From an uncultured bacterium (GTDB lineage Bacteria > Lernaellota > Lernaellaia > Lernaellales > Lernaellaceae): a stretch of DNA of 33,085 bases. The stretch is taken from positions 1 to 33,085 of the forward strand of contig CAZHPN010000055.1 of the NCBI GenBank assembly GCA_964534375.1, given 5' to 3'. Below are positions 8,565 through 17,291 of this stretch, one piece after another. The notes below the pieces were generated by a model. The model worked only from the letters and a program-made list of their open reading frames with translations, had not been told where the DNA came from and did no database searches. A program made the position numbers and the translations under genes. The first letter of the stretch is position 1. Each line of letters opens with the position of its first letter.

Positions 8565-8948
8565 ATGGCAGCTTTGCCTGCGCCGCGGCGATTCACTGTG
8601 TCCAAAGAAGGTGTAATCGCCGATTCGAAAACGGGGCTGGAGTGGCTCGTCGGGCCGGACGCCGACACCAACTTCGCCAAAGCGGAGACGTGGGTGAAAA
8701 ACTGCACGGTCGCCGGCGGCAATTGGCGAATGCCCACCAAGGCGGAACTCGCGACCGTGCACGAGAAGGGTTCGGGGCCGCGCAACATGCCCCCGGTCTT
8801 TCGCACCCAAGGCTGGTGGGCGTGGTCAGCGGACAAGATGGGGTCGTCCGCCTCGTGGTACTTCGACTTCCAGACCGGCGCCGACCGTTGGTACTACCGC
8901 ATTTTGTCGCGCGGCGGTCGGGCTTTTGCCGTCCGTTCCGGGAAATAA
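8565..8948 (+). CDS. DUF1566 (Lcl C-terminal-type) domain protein
   Basis: Motifs GVIADSKTGLEW, WRMPTKAEL, WAWS, WYFDFQTG and AFAVR. RBS GGAAAGGAAG. In-frame TGA upstream at 8532. Confidence 0.85.
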   Translation: MAALPAPRRFTVSKEGVIADSKTGLEWLVGPDADTNFAKAETWVKNCTVAGGNWRMPTKAELATVHEKGSGPRNMPPVFRTQGWWAWSADKMGSSASWYFDFQTGADRWYYRILSRGGRAFAVRSGK

Positions 8949-8961
8949 CCGCCCAGGGCCC

Positions 8962-9003
8962 GCTGCTCGCTGCTTGCTGTTCGCTGTTCGCTGTTCACTG
9001 ATC
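8962..9003. repeat. Heptamer array GCTGTTC-type x6 overlapping the kinase stop codon
   Basis: GCTGCTC GCTGCTT GCTGTTC GCTGTTC GCTGTTC ACTGATC. Minus-strand TGA at 8995-8997. Confidence 0.9.
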
Positions 9004-12000
9004 GAGCACTTCGCGAACTTTGCTCGCCAGCGCCGCGATCGTGAACGGTTTCGAAATGAACTGCGTTTCTTGGTCCAGCACGCCGTGATGCACGATGGCG
9101 TTGTCGGTATAACCGGACATATAGAGCACCTTCGTTTCGGGGCGGAGCCCCGCCAGCCGTTCGGCGAGCTGCCGGCCGCTCATCTGCGGCATGACCACAT
9201 CGGTGAGCATCAGGTGGATCGGCCCCGGGTGCTGTTCGCAGGTCAACAGCGCCTCGCCGGCGTTCGCGCAGGCCAATACCGTATATCCGGCCGACTTGAG
9301 GACCTGCTCGACGAGGCCGCGGACCATCGCCTCGTCTTCGACAATGAGGATCGTCTCCGTTCCCGCAGCCGTGGCGACCGGCGCCTTCCGGAGCGGCATG
9401 GCCTCCGCGACCGAGGCGTCGACCGGCAAGTAAATTTTGAATGACGTGCCGTGTCCGAGTTCGCTATAGACCCAGATGTTGCCGCCGCTTTGTTTGACGA
9501 TGCCGTACACCGTCGCGAGGCCCAGTCCGGTGCCCTTGCCTTTTTCCTTCGTCGTGAAGAACGGCTCGAAAATCCGCGCCTTCGTCTGCTCGTTCATGCC
9601 GCAGCCCGTGTCGGTCACCGCCAGCAGGACATAACGGCCTGGCGCAACCGCGACGTGCTCGGCCGCGTATTGTTCGTCCAACTCGACGTTGGCGGTCTCG
9701 ATCGTCAGTCGGCCCCCTTTCGGCATCGCGTCGCGCCCGTTTACCGCGAGGTTCATCAGGATCTGCTCGATCTGCCCCGGATCGGCCTTGACCTTGCCGA
9801 GATCCGCGGCGCACGCCGTCACGATGTCGATGTCTTCGCCGATCAGCCGGCGCAGCATTTTTTCCATGTCGGCAATCGTCTTGTTGATGTCGAGCACGAC
9901 CGGTTGCAGCACCTGTTTGCGGCTGAAGGCGAGAAGCTGGCGCGTCAGGCCCGCGGCCCGTTGGCCCGTTTCCAGGATTTGTTTCAGGTTCTTATAAAGC
10001 GGATCCTCGCTGCGGAGTTTGTCGAGAGAAAGCTCGGCGTAGTTGTTCATGACCTGCAGCAGGTTGTTGAAATCGTGCGCGACGCCGCCGGCCAACCGGC
10101 CGATCGTCTCCATTTTTTGCGCCTGGACGAGTTGCGCCTCGAGCTTTTTCTTTTCGTTTTCCCGCTCGATTTCCCCCGTGATGTCTTTGACGACGTGAAC
10201 GAGGCCCTCCAAGCGATTGTCTTTCCCAAAGATGGGCCAGGCGTCCAGCTCCAGGCGCCGGCCGCCGCTCGAGAACGCGCCTTTCTGCGGCAGCTTGGTT
10301 TTCATGGCGTGAATGCACGGACACTCCGGGATGGGCGCGTTTGTTCCATGCACCAATTCGAAACACCTTCGGCCGATGATCGCCTCGCGCGGCAAGCCGA
10401 GCGCGGTCGCGCCGGTCTTGTTGATTTCAACGAATTCGTGGTCGACGGAAAGAATGCAGACGATGTCCGAGATGGCGTCGAACGTGCCTTGCCACCTGGC
10501 GGCGGAAAGACGGACCGCTTCCTCGGCCCGCTTGCGCTCGGTGATGTCCTGATTCACCCCGAAGGTCCTGACCGTTCTGCCTTGGCCGTCCTTGACGATG
10601 AAAAATCGAACGACAATATCGCCCACCGTTCCGTCGCCAAAGATGACCCGGTGCTCGATTTGTCGGCTGAAGTGGGGGTCGGTCGTCGCGATGGACTTCC
10701 GAACTTCTTCGCCGACGACAAACGCGTCGTCGGGATGAACGAAGCGCCGGGCGTACTCGGCCGACGACATCGTATATCCGCCGGCATGCTCCGCCGTGGT
10801 GCGGAAAAGTTTGTAAAAATGGTCGTTGAACGTGAATACGTCGTTGGCCACGTCGTACTCCCAATGACCGAGATGCGCAATTTCCAAGGCATTGGAAAGC
10901 TGTTGTTCGTTCTTTCGCAGCGCTTCGTCAACGCGTTTTCGCTCGGTGATGTCGCGCGCGACCGCGGCGGTGGCGACCACTTCGCCATCGATAAAAATGG
11001 GGGAACTGCTCAATTCGCCGAAAACTTCGGCGCCGTCCTTCGCCAGGAACACGTATTCGACGGCGGAAATTGTCTCGCCGGAAATAACCCTGGTTGCGTT
11101 GGCGACGGCGCGGGCCAAACATTCCGGCGCCAGCAGATTCATCTCCCGAAACGACCGGCCGAGCAACTCCTCCGGTCGGTAGCCCAACATTTTCTCGACC
11201 GACGGCGAGACGCTGAGAAAGAACCCGTTTCGATCCAAGGAAAAGATCACGTCATGGATGCTGGCAAAATGAAGGCGGTACGTGGCCTCGCTCTTTCGCA
11301 GCGCTTCCTCGGCCCGCTTGCGCTCCGTAATGTCGCGCTCGACGGAAATGGAGAAATTTTTGCCGTCGACCATCCACTCCATCAGCGAACATTCGAATTC
11401 CCGGACGGCGCCGTCCTTGCAGCGATGTCGCACCTCAAAGGCGGCGACGCCGCCGACGGCGGCGCTCCGCGCTTGCGCGGTCGTCTTCCGCACCGCCTCG
11501 GGATCGACCTCCAACAGGGAAACCGGCCGGTCGATCACTTCCTCCGGCTGATATCCCAGCACCCGCGCGATGGCGCGATTGACGTCGCGAATGATGGGCG
11601 CGCCGTCCGGTTGGAGTTCGAGGAGAAGAATGACGTCCGCCGCTTGTTCGAACAACGTCCGGAAGCGCCCCTCGCTCTCCCGCAAGGCCAGTTCCGCCCG
11701 CCCGCGCTCGATGATGCCGGCCAAGGCGCCGGCGATGACCTGCAAGAACCGGTCGTCGCGCTTGCGATACGCGCTGCCTTCACGGATATAAATGGTGACC
11801 ACGCCCAGGGTTTTGCCGGCCGAGACGATCGGCACGCAGTAATTGCCGTGGGGTCGCGGGCCGCCGAAGCCGATTTCGTAGCGATCGTCGAGCCGATCGG
11901 CGAATTGGGTCAGTTGCGTCACGGCAGCGCGACCGCAGAGGCACCGGCCGAAGGGGATGTGGGCGCAGCTTTTCGCCACTGCCTCCGTCAGATTCGCGTG

Positions 12001-12345
12001 CGCTTTCATGACCAGGGTGTCGGGCTCTTCCGCCAGGAAAATGGCGCCGCGCGCTTCGAAGGCGAGCCAGCGGATCGAGAGGATTTGCTCCAAGGCGAAC
12101 GTGAGAATTTTTTCGAGCGATGCCGTCTTCAGGGAGTATTGCAGGAGCGAAAAGATCGCCTTTTGGGTTTCGTAAACCTGGCGTCGCTCTTCGTCGTTCC
12201 ACTGCATTTCCGATTCGCGCACAAGCGTTTCGGCATCCGGCTCGTCCGGCAACGAGACTGGAATTTTCGGTTCTTGCTGGAACTTCTTTTCGGCTTTGCC
12301 GTGCGGACGGACGGATTGCGCTGGGAGGCGCTTGCCCTTTGTCAT
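8995..12345 (-). CDS. Cytoplasmic hybrid sensor histidine kinase (GAF-PASx4-HisKA-HATPase-REC, CckA-like)
   Basis: RBS CAGGAG before ATG 12345. GAF domain, four PAS domains ending DITE/DITG, H-box VAHDFNN, N-box NGRDAM, DTGCGM, EPFFTTK, GTGLGL, receiver LTDVVMP...KPF. Confidence 0.95.
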   Translation of the reverse strand: MTKGKRLPAQSVRPHGKAEKKFQQEPKIPVSLPDEPDAETLVRESEMQWNDEERRQVYETQKAIFSLLQYSLKTASLEKILTFALEQILSIRWLAFEARGAIFLAEEPDTLVMKAHANLTEAVAKSCAHIPFGRCLCGRAAVTQLTQFADRLDDRYEIGFGGPRPHGNYCVPIVSAGKTLGVVTIYIREGSAYRKRDDRFLQVIAGALAGIIERGRAELALRESEGRFRTLFEQAADVILLLELQPDGAPIIRDVNRAIARVLGYQPEEVIDRPVSLLEVDPEAVRKTTAQARSAAVGGVAAFEVRHRCKDGAVREFECSLMEWMVDGKNFSISVERDITERKRAEEALRKSEATYRLHFASIHDVIFSLDRNGFFLSVSPSVEKMLGYRPEELLGRSFREMNLLAPECLARAVANATRVISGETISAVEYVFLAKDGAEVFGELSSSPIFIDGEVVATAAVARDITERKRVDEALRKNEQQLSNALEIAHLGHWEYDVANDVFTFNDHFYKLFRTTAEHAGGYTMSSAEYARRFVHPDDAFVVGEEVRKSIATTDPHFSRQIEHRVIFGDGTVGDIVVRFFIVKDGQGRTVRTFGVNQDITERKRAEEAVRLSAARWQGTFDAISDIVCILSVDHEFVEINKTGATALGLPREAIIGRRCFELVHGTNAPIPECPCIHAMKTKLPQKGAFSSGGRRLELDAWPIFGKDNRLEGLVHVVKDITGEIERENEKKKLEAQLVQAQKMETIGRLAGGVAHDFNNLLQVMNNYAELSLDKLRSEDPLYKNLKQILETGQRAAGLTRQLLAFSRKQVLQPVVLDINKTIADMEKMLRRLIGEDIDIVTACAADLGKVKADPGQIEQILMNLAVNGRDAMPKGGRLTIETANVELDEQYAAEHVAVAPGRYVLLAVTDTGCGMNEQTKARIFEPFFTTKEKGKGTGLGLATVYGIVKQSGGNIWVYSELGHGTSFKIYLPVDASVAEAMPLRKAPVATAAGTETILIVEDEAMVRGLVEQVLKSAGYTVLACANAGEALLTCEQHPGPIHLMLTDVVMPQMSGRQLAERLAGLRPETKVLYMSGYTDNAIVHHGVLDQETQFISKPFTIAALASKVREVLDQ

Positions 12346-12473
12346 GTCGCGCGACTCCTGGCCGACCGTAACTTGCAACGATCGCCGTAGACCGCTCAAA
12401 AGAAGCGGTTGTTGGACTCATAGATACGCGGCGCGGTCGTGGTTGTCAAACGGCGGTTGCCTTCGACGAGCGT

Positions 12474-12503
12474 TTGACCGCCGGCGCAAATGTGCGTTAT
12501 GCT
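12474..12503 (+). promoter_or_regulatory. Sigma70-type promoter for the antiporter-like gene
   Basis: TTGACC-N18-TATGCT in the divergent intergenic region. Confidence 0.5.
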
Positions 12504-12695
12504 GCGTCCCGGGAGTGACATTACCATTAAAAAATAAGAGATTTTCGCTTCGTCTGCGGTCTTGGGCGCGTTGCGGCGGCCCCCGACGAAGCGAAACCGG
12601 CGCCCGTTTTTTGTAGAAAAACAACGTGGGGGGCCGGCCGCATCCGGGGTTCCCAGGCCCGGCGGCGGCGCGGCGCGCAACGCGGGGATAACATC

Positions 12696-14357
12696 ATGTT
12701 CGGGCGGCGAAAGTATCTTCGGGGGCTCGTTATTTTTCTGTGGGCGATGTGCGGTTGGCTCGCGGCGACGCCAGCGGTCGCCGATCCGACGACGCCGGCG
12801 GCCCTCTCCACGACATCCCAAGAGCCGAAAACACCAACTTCGGCGACCGCTTTCAAATTGCCGGGGCCGCAAGGCGCCGTCGCTGCCGAGACGTCGCCGG
12901 CCGTTGAGCCCTCCCCGGATGATGCGACGCCCGCCGTCTCGCGGGCGTGGAACGCCGATGCGTCCCGTCGCGCGGCGCCGGTCAGCGCGAAGTCGCCCGC
13001 GTCCGCCGGCGAATACGTGCAGGACGTCGAATTGGGGATGATCGTGCCGCTGTGGAGCGCGATCCCCTTTCTCGGCCTGGTGCTCTCGCTGGCGCTGGTC
13101 CCGGCGCTTTCGCGTGAATTCTGGCGGCGCCAGCACCGGAAATTCGTCGCCTTCTGGGCCCTCGCCTTTGTCGTGCCGTTCACGATCGCGTTCGGCGAAT
13201 TGGCGTGGCGCGAGATTGCCAACATCCTGCTGTTCACGTATTTGCCGTTCATCGTTTTCCTTGGGAGCCTGTACGCCGTCGCCGGCGGGTTGATCGTTCG
13301 CGGCGCGTGGCGCGGCAGACCGTGGTCGAACGCGCTGCTGCTGCTGCTCGGCGCGGCCCTGGCCCCCGTCATCGGGGCCGCCGGCGCGGCGATGCTGCTG
13401 ATCCGGCCCTTCTTGCGGGCGAACGCGCACCGTCAACGCAAAACGCACCTGATCGTGTTTTTCATCTTTTTGGTCGGGAACATCGGCGCGTCGCCCCTGG
13501 GCAGCGGGCCGTTGCTGATCGGGTATCTGGCCGGCGTGCCGTTCTGGTGGTCGTTGGCGTTGTTGCCGCAGTGTTTGGCGACGACGGCGATTCTCTTGGC
13601 GCTCTTTCTGGCGATCGATATGCGGTTGGCCGCCCGCGAAAAAGCCGACCCGCCGGCCGCCGAACCGCTCCGCATTCACGGCTGGTTCCATCTGTTGTTT
13701 TTCGCGGGGATCGTCGCGGCGCTGATTGTGCCCGGCAAGTTGGCGTGGGGTTCGGCGACGATTTTCGGCCTGCGGCTCGCCTGGAGTTCGCTGCTGCGCG
13801 ACGTACTGATTCTTTTGATGGGCGCCCTCTCGGCGGCGACGACCCCGGCCGCGCAACGCGCCGAGAGCCGTTTCTCGTGGGAGCCGTTGACGCGGACGGC
13901 GATTCTCTTCGCCGGCATTTTCGTGACGATCATCCCCGGCCTCGCCATCCTGCGCGCGGGCGAGGACGGCGCGCTCGGCGATCTGATGGTCCGCGTTTGC
14001 GAACCGTGGCATTATTTCGTGCTCGCCGGCGGACTGGCGGCTTTCCTCAACAACGTGCCCGCCTATCTGGCGCTGTTGACCTCGCAGCTCAGCGTCTTTT
14101 ATCCGACGCTCCAGCAAAACGAGGCCGTGGCGCGGCTGCTCACCGACCACCGGATCTATCTCGTGGCGGTGGCTGCCGGCTCGACGATCCTGGGGGCGCT
14201 GACGTATGTCGGCAACGCGCCGACGTATCTCATTCACGCCATCGCCGAAGAGAACGGCGTTAAGATGCCCAGTTTCCTCGGCTACCTCTTTCTTTGGTCC
14301 GCGCCGATTCTGCTGCCGATTTTCGCATTTTTGACGTGGGCGTTTTATCTGCGATAG
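12696..14357 (+). CDS. Putative sodium:proton antiporter (ArsB/NhaD/CitMHS ion-transporter superfamily) with a P/A/T-rich N-terminal extension
   Basis: Polytopic. Family-like segments WSAIPF, YLPFIVFLGSLYAVAGG, MLLIRPFLRAN, FFIFLVGNIG, TYVGNAP and GVKMPSFLGY. Confidence 0.8.
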   Translation: MFGRRKYLRGLVIFLWAMCGWLAATPAVADPTTPAALSTTSQEPKTPTSATAFKLPGPQGAVAAETSPAVEPSPDDATPAVSRAWNADASRRAAPVSAKSPASAGEYVQDVELGMIVPLWSAIPFLGLVLSLALVPALSREFWRRQHRKFVAFWALAFVVPFTIAFGELAWREIANILLFTYLPFIVFLGSLYAVAGGLIVRGAWRGRPWSNALLLLLGAALAPVIGAAGAAMLLIRPFLRANAHRQRKTHLIVFFIFLVGNIGASPLGSGPLLIGYLAGVPFWWSLALLPQCLATTAILLALFLAIDMRLAAREKADPPAAEPLRIHGWFHLLFFAGIVAALIVPGKLAWGSATIFGLRLAWSSLLRDVLILLMGALSAATTPAAQRAESRFSWEPLTRTAILFAGIFVTIIPGLAILRAGEDGALGDLMVRVCEPWHYFVLAGGLAAFLNNVPAYLALLTSQLSVFYPTLQQNEAVARLLTDHRIYLVAVAAGSTILGALTYVGNAPTYLIHAIAEENGVKMPSFLGYLFLWSAPILLPIFAFLTWAFYLR

Positions 14358-14485
14358 TGTGTCGCCGCGGCCGCGGCCCCGCGCCGCACATCGGAAAGCA
14401 TCCCGCGGCGGCGCAAAAAAGGCGGCCGACAAAACGCCAAAAATATGCTAATGATGCGCCCCGAAAAATCGTGAGGGAACGCATC

Positions 14486-15472
14486 ATGATCGTCGCCATC
14501 ACCGGCGCCAGCGGCCACGTCGGCGCCAATCTAGTCCGGCGGTTGCTTGCCGACGGCCACACGTGCCGCGTGCTGGTCCGGCGCGACGAGCGGGCGTTGG
14601 CCGGGTTGAATATCGAAAGATTCGCCGGCGATGTGCTCGACCCGTCGTCGCTGGCCGCGGCATTTTCCGGCGCGGAGCGCGTTTTTCATCTCGCGGCGTT
14701 GATTTCCGTGGTCGGCGATCCGGACGGCGCGGTCGCGCGGACCAACGTCGTCGGGCCGCGCAATGTCGTCGCCGCCTGCCGGCAGGCCGGCGTGCGCCGC
14801 TTGGTGCACTTCAGTTCGATCCACGCGTACTCGCAGTCGCCGCTGGACCAGATTCTCGACGAGACCCGGCCGCACGTCGACGCCGCCCGCGCCTACGCCT
14901 ACGACGGCAGCAAGGCGGCCGGCGAACGCGAAGTGCTGGCCGGCGTCGCGCAAGGGCTCGACGCGGTGATCGTCAATCCGACGGCCGTGCTTGGACCGCA
15001 AGACTTCAAGCCGTCGCGAATGGGGCAAATCCTGCTCGATCTATACCATCGGCGGCTGCCGGCCCTGGTCGACGGCGGCTTCGATTGGGTCGACGCGCGC
15101 GACGTGGCCGACGGCGCCTGGCGAGCGGCGGAACGGGGCCGGACGGGCGAGAAATATCTGCTCGGCGGCCATTGGGCTTCGGTCCGCGAATTGGCGACGC
15201 TGGCGCAAGACGTCACGGGCGTGCCGGCCCCGCGGTTCGATACGCCGATGCCGCTGGCGCGGCTGGCCGCCCCGTTCGCGTTCGCCTTTTCGCGCTGGAC
15301 CGGCCGCACGGCGCTGTTCACGCCGGAATCGCTCGGGGCGCTGCGGGCCAACCGCCGCATCAGCCACGACAAAGCGACGCGCGAACTCGGCTATGCGCCG
15401 CGTCCGCTGGCCGAGACGGTGCGCGACGCCTATGCCTGGTTTCGCGCGGCCGGCCTGCTGGAAGCCAAATGA
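14486..15472 (+). CDS. Extended SDR / NAD-dependent epimerase-dehydratase (HpnA/DFR/3beta-HSD-like)
   Basis: RBS GAGGGA. Rossmann motif TGASGHVG, FHLAA, HFSS, YDGSK (YxxxK), VNPTAVLGP and GRTGEKYLL. Confidence 0.9.
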   Translation: MIVAITGASGHVGANLVRRLLADGHTCRVLVRRDERALAGLNIERFAGDVLDPSSLAAAFSGAERVFHLAALISVVGDPDGAVARTNVVGPRNVVAACRQAGVRRLVHFSSIHAYSQSPLDQILDETRPHVDAARAYAYDGSKAAGEREVLAGVAQGLDAVIVNPTAVLGPQDFKPSRMGQILLDLYHRRLPALVDGGFDWVDARDVADGAWRAAERGRTGEKYLLGGHWASVRELATLAQDVTGVPAPRFDTPMPLARLAAPFAFAFSRWTGRTALFTPESLGALRANRRISHDKATRELGYAPRPLAETVRDAYAWFRAAGLLEAK

Positions 15473-16230
15473 CCGAACCGCGCTTTTATCACATGCTCGT
15501 CGCCGTTTGGTATGTCCTCTCGGCTATCGTGTTTCTCTATTTGATGTTCGTCCCTGCGCCGTACGGCCGCCACGGTCGCGCCGGCTGGGGGCCGACGCTC
15601 GGCGCGCGCCGCGGCTGGGTCTTGATGGAGTTTCCCGCGGTCGCCGCGTTTGCGCTTTTTTTTCTATTGGGTTGGCGCACGGTTGGGCTGGCGACGTTCG
15701 TCTTCTTCGCGATGTGGATGACGCATTACGTGTACCGCACGTTCGTTTTTCCGTTTCGGCTTAGTCCGGGCGGGCGGCCCGTGCCGCTGGCCGTTGTCGC
15801 GATGGGATTTTTTTTCAATATCGTCAATTGCTATCTCAACGGCCGTTGGCTGTTTTCCCTGGCGCCGCACTACGCCCTGACCTGGCTCGTCGGCCCGCGT
15901 TTCTTGCTCGGCGCCGCGTTGTTTTTCGCCGGCTTCGCGATTCACCGCCGCGCCGACGCGATGCTGATCGCCCTGCGTGCGAACGGCCAAACCGGCTACC
16001 AGATTCCGCGCGGCTTTTTGTACGAGCGCATTTCCTGCCCCAATTATTTCGGCGAAATGCTCGAATGGCTCGGCTGGGCGGTCGCGACCTGGTCGCCGGG
16101 CGCACTCGCGTTTTTTGTCTGGACCGTCGCGAATCTGCTGCCCCGCGCCTTGACCCACCACCGCTGGTATAGACAAACCTTCGCCGAATACCCGCCCGAA
16201 CGAAAAGCGGTCGTGCCCTATCTTTTGTAG
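15469..16230 (+). CDS. Steroid 5-alpha-reductase family protein (3-oxo-5-alpha-steroid 4-dehydrogenase-like)
   Basis: ATGA overlap with the SDR. Motifs PAPYGRH, WVLMEFP, HYVYRT, YQIPRGFLYERISCPNYFGEMLEWLGW, NLLPRALTHHRWY and YPPERKAVVP. Confidence 0.9.
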   Translation: MTEPRFYHMLVAVWYVLSAIVFLYLMFVPAPYGRHGRAGWGPTLGARRGWVLMEFPAVAAFALFFLLGWRTVGLATFVFFAMWMTHYVYRTFVFPFRLSPGGRPVPLAVVAMGFFFNIVNCYLNGRWLFSLAPHYALTWLVGPRFLLGAALFFAGFAIHRRADAMLIALRANGQTGYQIPRGFLYERISCPNYFGEMLEWLGWAVATWSPGALAFFVWTVANLLPRALTHHRWYRQTFAEYPPERKAVVPYLL

Positions 16231-16237
16231 TGCGGAA

Positions 16238-17008
16238 TTACCCGGCCCTGAGCGCCGCCAACAACTGCCCATGTATCGCCGGGTTCGCCGCGACGATCAG
16301 CGGATGCTCGAGATCGACCGGGCCGCCGGCGAGGTCGGTGACGAGGCCTCCCGCTTCGCGGCAGATGGCGATGCCGGCGGCGACGTCCCACGGCGAGAGG
16401 TGCATTTCCCAGTAGCCGTCCCAGCGGCCGGCCGCCGTCCAGCACAAATCGAGCGAGGCGACGCCGACGCGGCGCACGCCCTGCACGGCCATCAGCACGC
16501 GGTTGTGTTCGGCGAGGTTGTTGTTCGCCAGCGTGCGGCGGGCGTAGGGAAAGCCGGTGGCGACCAGCGCGTCGGCCAGACGCGCGGTGCGGCTGACCGC
16601 GATGGGCGCGCCGTTGAGCGTGGCGCCGCCGCCTTTGGCCGCGACGAAGGTTTGCTTCAACGCCGGCGCGTGCACCACGCCGAGAACGGGCTCGCCGTCG
16701 ACTGCCAGGCCGATGCTGACGGCGAAGGCCCAGAAGTTGTGTGCGTAGTTGTTGGTGCCGTCGAGCGGATCGACGTACCAACGGCGCGCGCCGCCCGCGA
16801 CGAAAGCGCCTTCTTCCGCAACCACCGCGTCGCCCGGCCGCGCGGCGCTCAGGCGCTTGACGATCAGATCTTCGGATGCGCGATCGGCGTCGGTGACGAG
16901 ATTGAATTCGCCTTTGCTCGAAATTTCCGCCTTGCCGTAATACGACATGAGCAACTCGCCGGCTTCGCGGGCCACATCGAGCGCCAACGCCAGATCCGAA
17001 TCGGCCAT
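16238..17008 (-). CDS. suhB: Inositol-1-monophosphatase family protein
   Basis: RBS AGGAG before ATG 17008. Motifs LVTDAD, AEEG, VDPLDGTNNY, TGFPY and WDVAAG. Confidence 0.92.
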   Translation of the reverse strand: MADSDLALALDVAREAGELLMSYYGKAEISSKGEFNLVTDADRASEDLIVKRLSAARPGDAVVAEEGAFVAGGARRWYVDPLDGTNNYAHNFWAFAVSIGLAVDGEPVLGVVHAPALKQTFVAAKGGGATLNGAPIAVSRTARLADALVATGFPYARRTLANNNLAEHNRVLMAVQGVRRVGVASLDLCWTAAGRWDGYWEMHLSPWDVAAGIAICREAGGLVTDLAGGPVDLEHPLIVAANPAIHGQLLAALRAG

Positions 17009-17126
17009 TTTGCGGCTCCTCGTTTGGTGCGGCGGAAACATAGCCCATGCCGACGGTGATGGCCAGAGACGGAGAATATTGGGACCGCGAATGAACGGCA
17101 GTTTCACGCGAAGAAAATTTCGGAAA

Positions 17127-17207
17127 CTCACGCGGAGTCGCGGAGAGCGCAGAGAAGACAAGGCTTCTAGAGTCTTGAACTCCGCGACCTCCGCACCTCC
17201 GCGTGAG
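17127..17207. repeat. Palindromic element with 9-nt periodic CGCGGAG arms
   Basis: CTCACGCGGAG (17127-17137) and CTCCGCGTGAG (17197-17207) are perfect inverted ends. Each arm has three units, around an inner AAGAC/GTCTT stem. Confidence 0.85.
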
Positions 17208-17291
17208 ATCTTATCCTCGACCATTACGCGCTTGCGATGGCGGAGGCGATGCACAAGAATAATTTTTTGCGCCATCAAAGGAGATCGCCCG

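Noticed and set aside
8565..8948. Complete diversity-generating retroelement
   Set aside because: No reverse transcriptase, accessory gene or template repeat is visible in the window.
6037..12345. Horizontally acquired signalling island
   Set aside because: It looks less GC-rich than the TPR gene, but spot counts are similar to the housekeeping rel gene. No integrase, tRNA or flanking direct repeats are present.
9451..12390. 979-aa + strand ORF (likewise 6100-8235, 19199-21454 and 3354-5726)
   Set aside because: Antisense shadows of clearly recognisable genes. Long stop-free antisense frames are expected at high GC, and these show no motifs.
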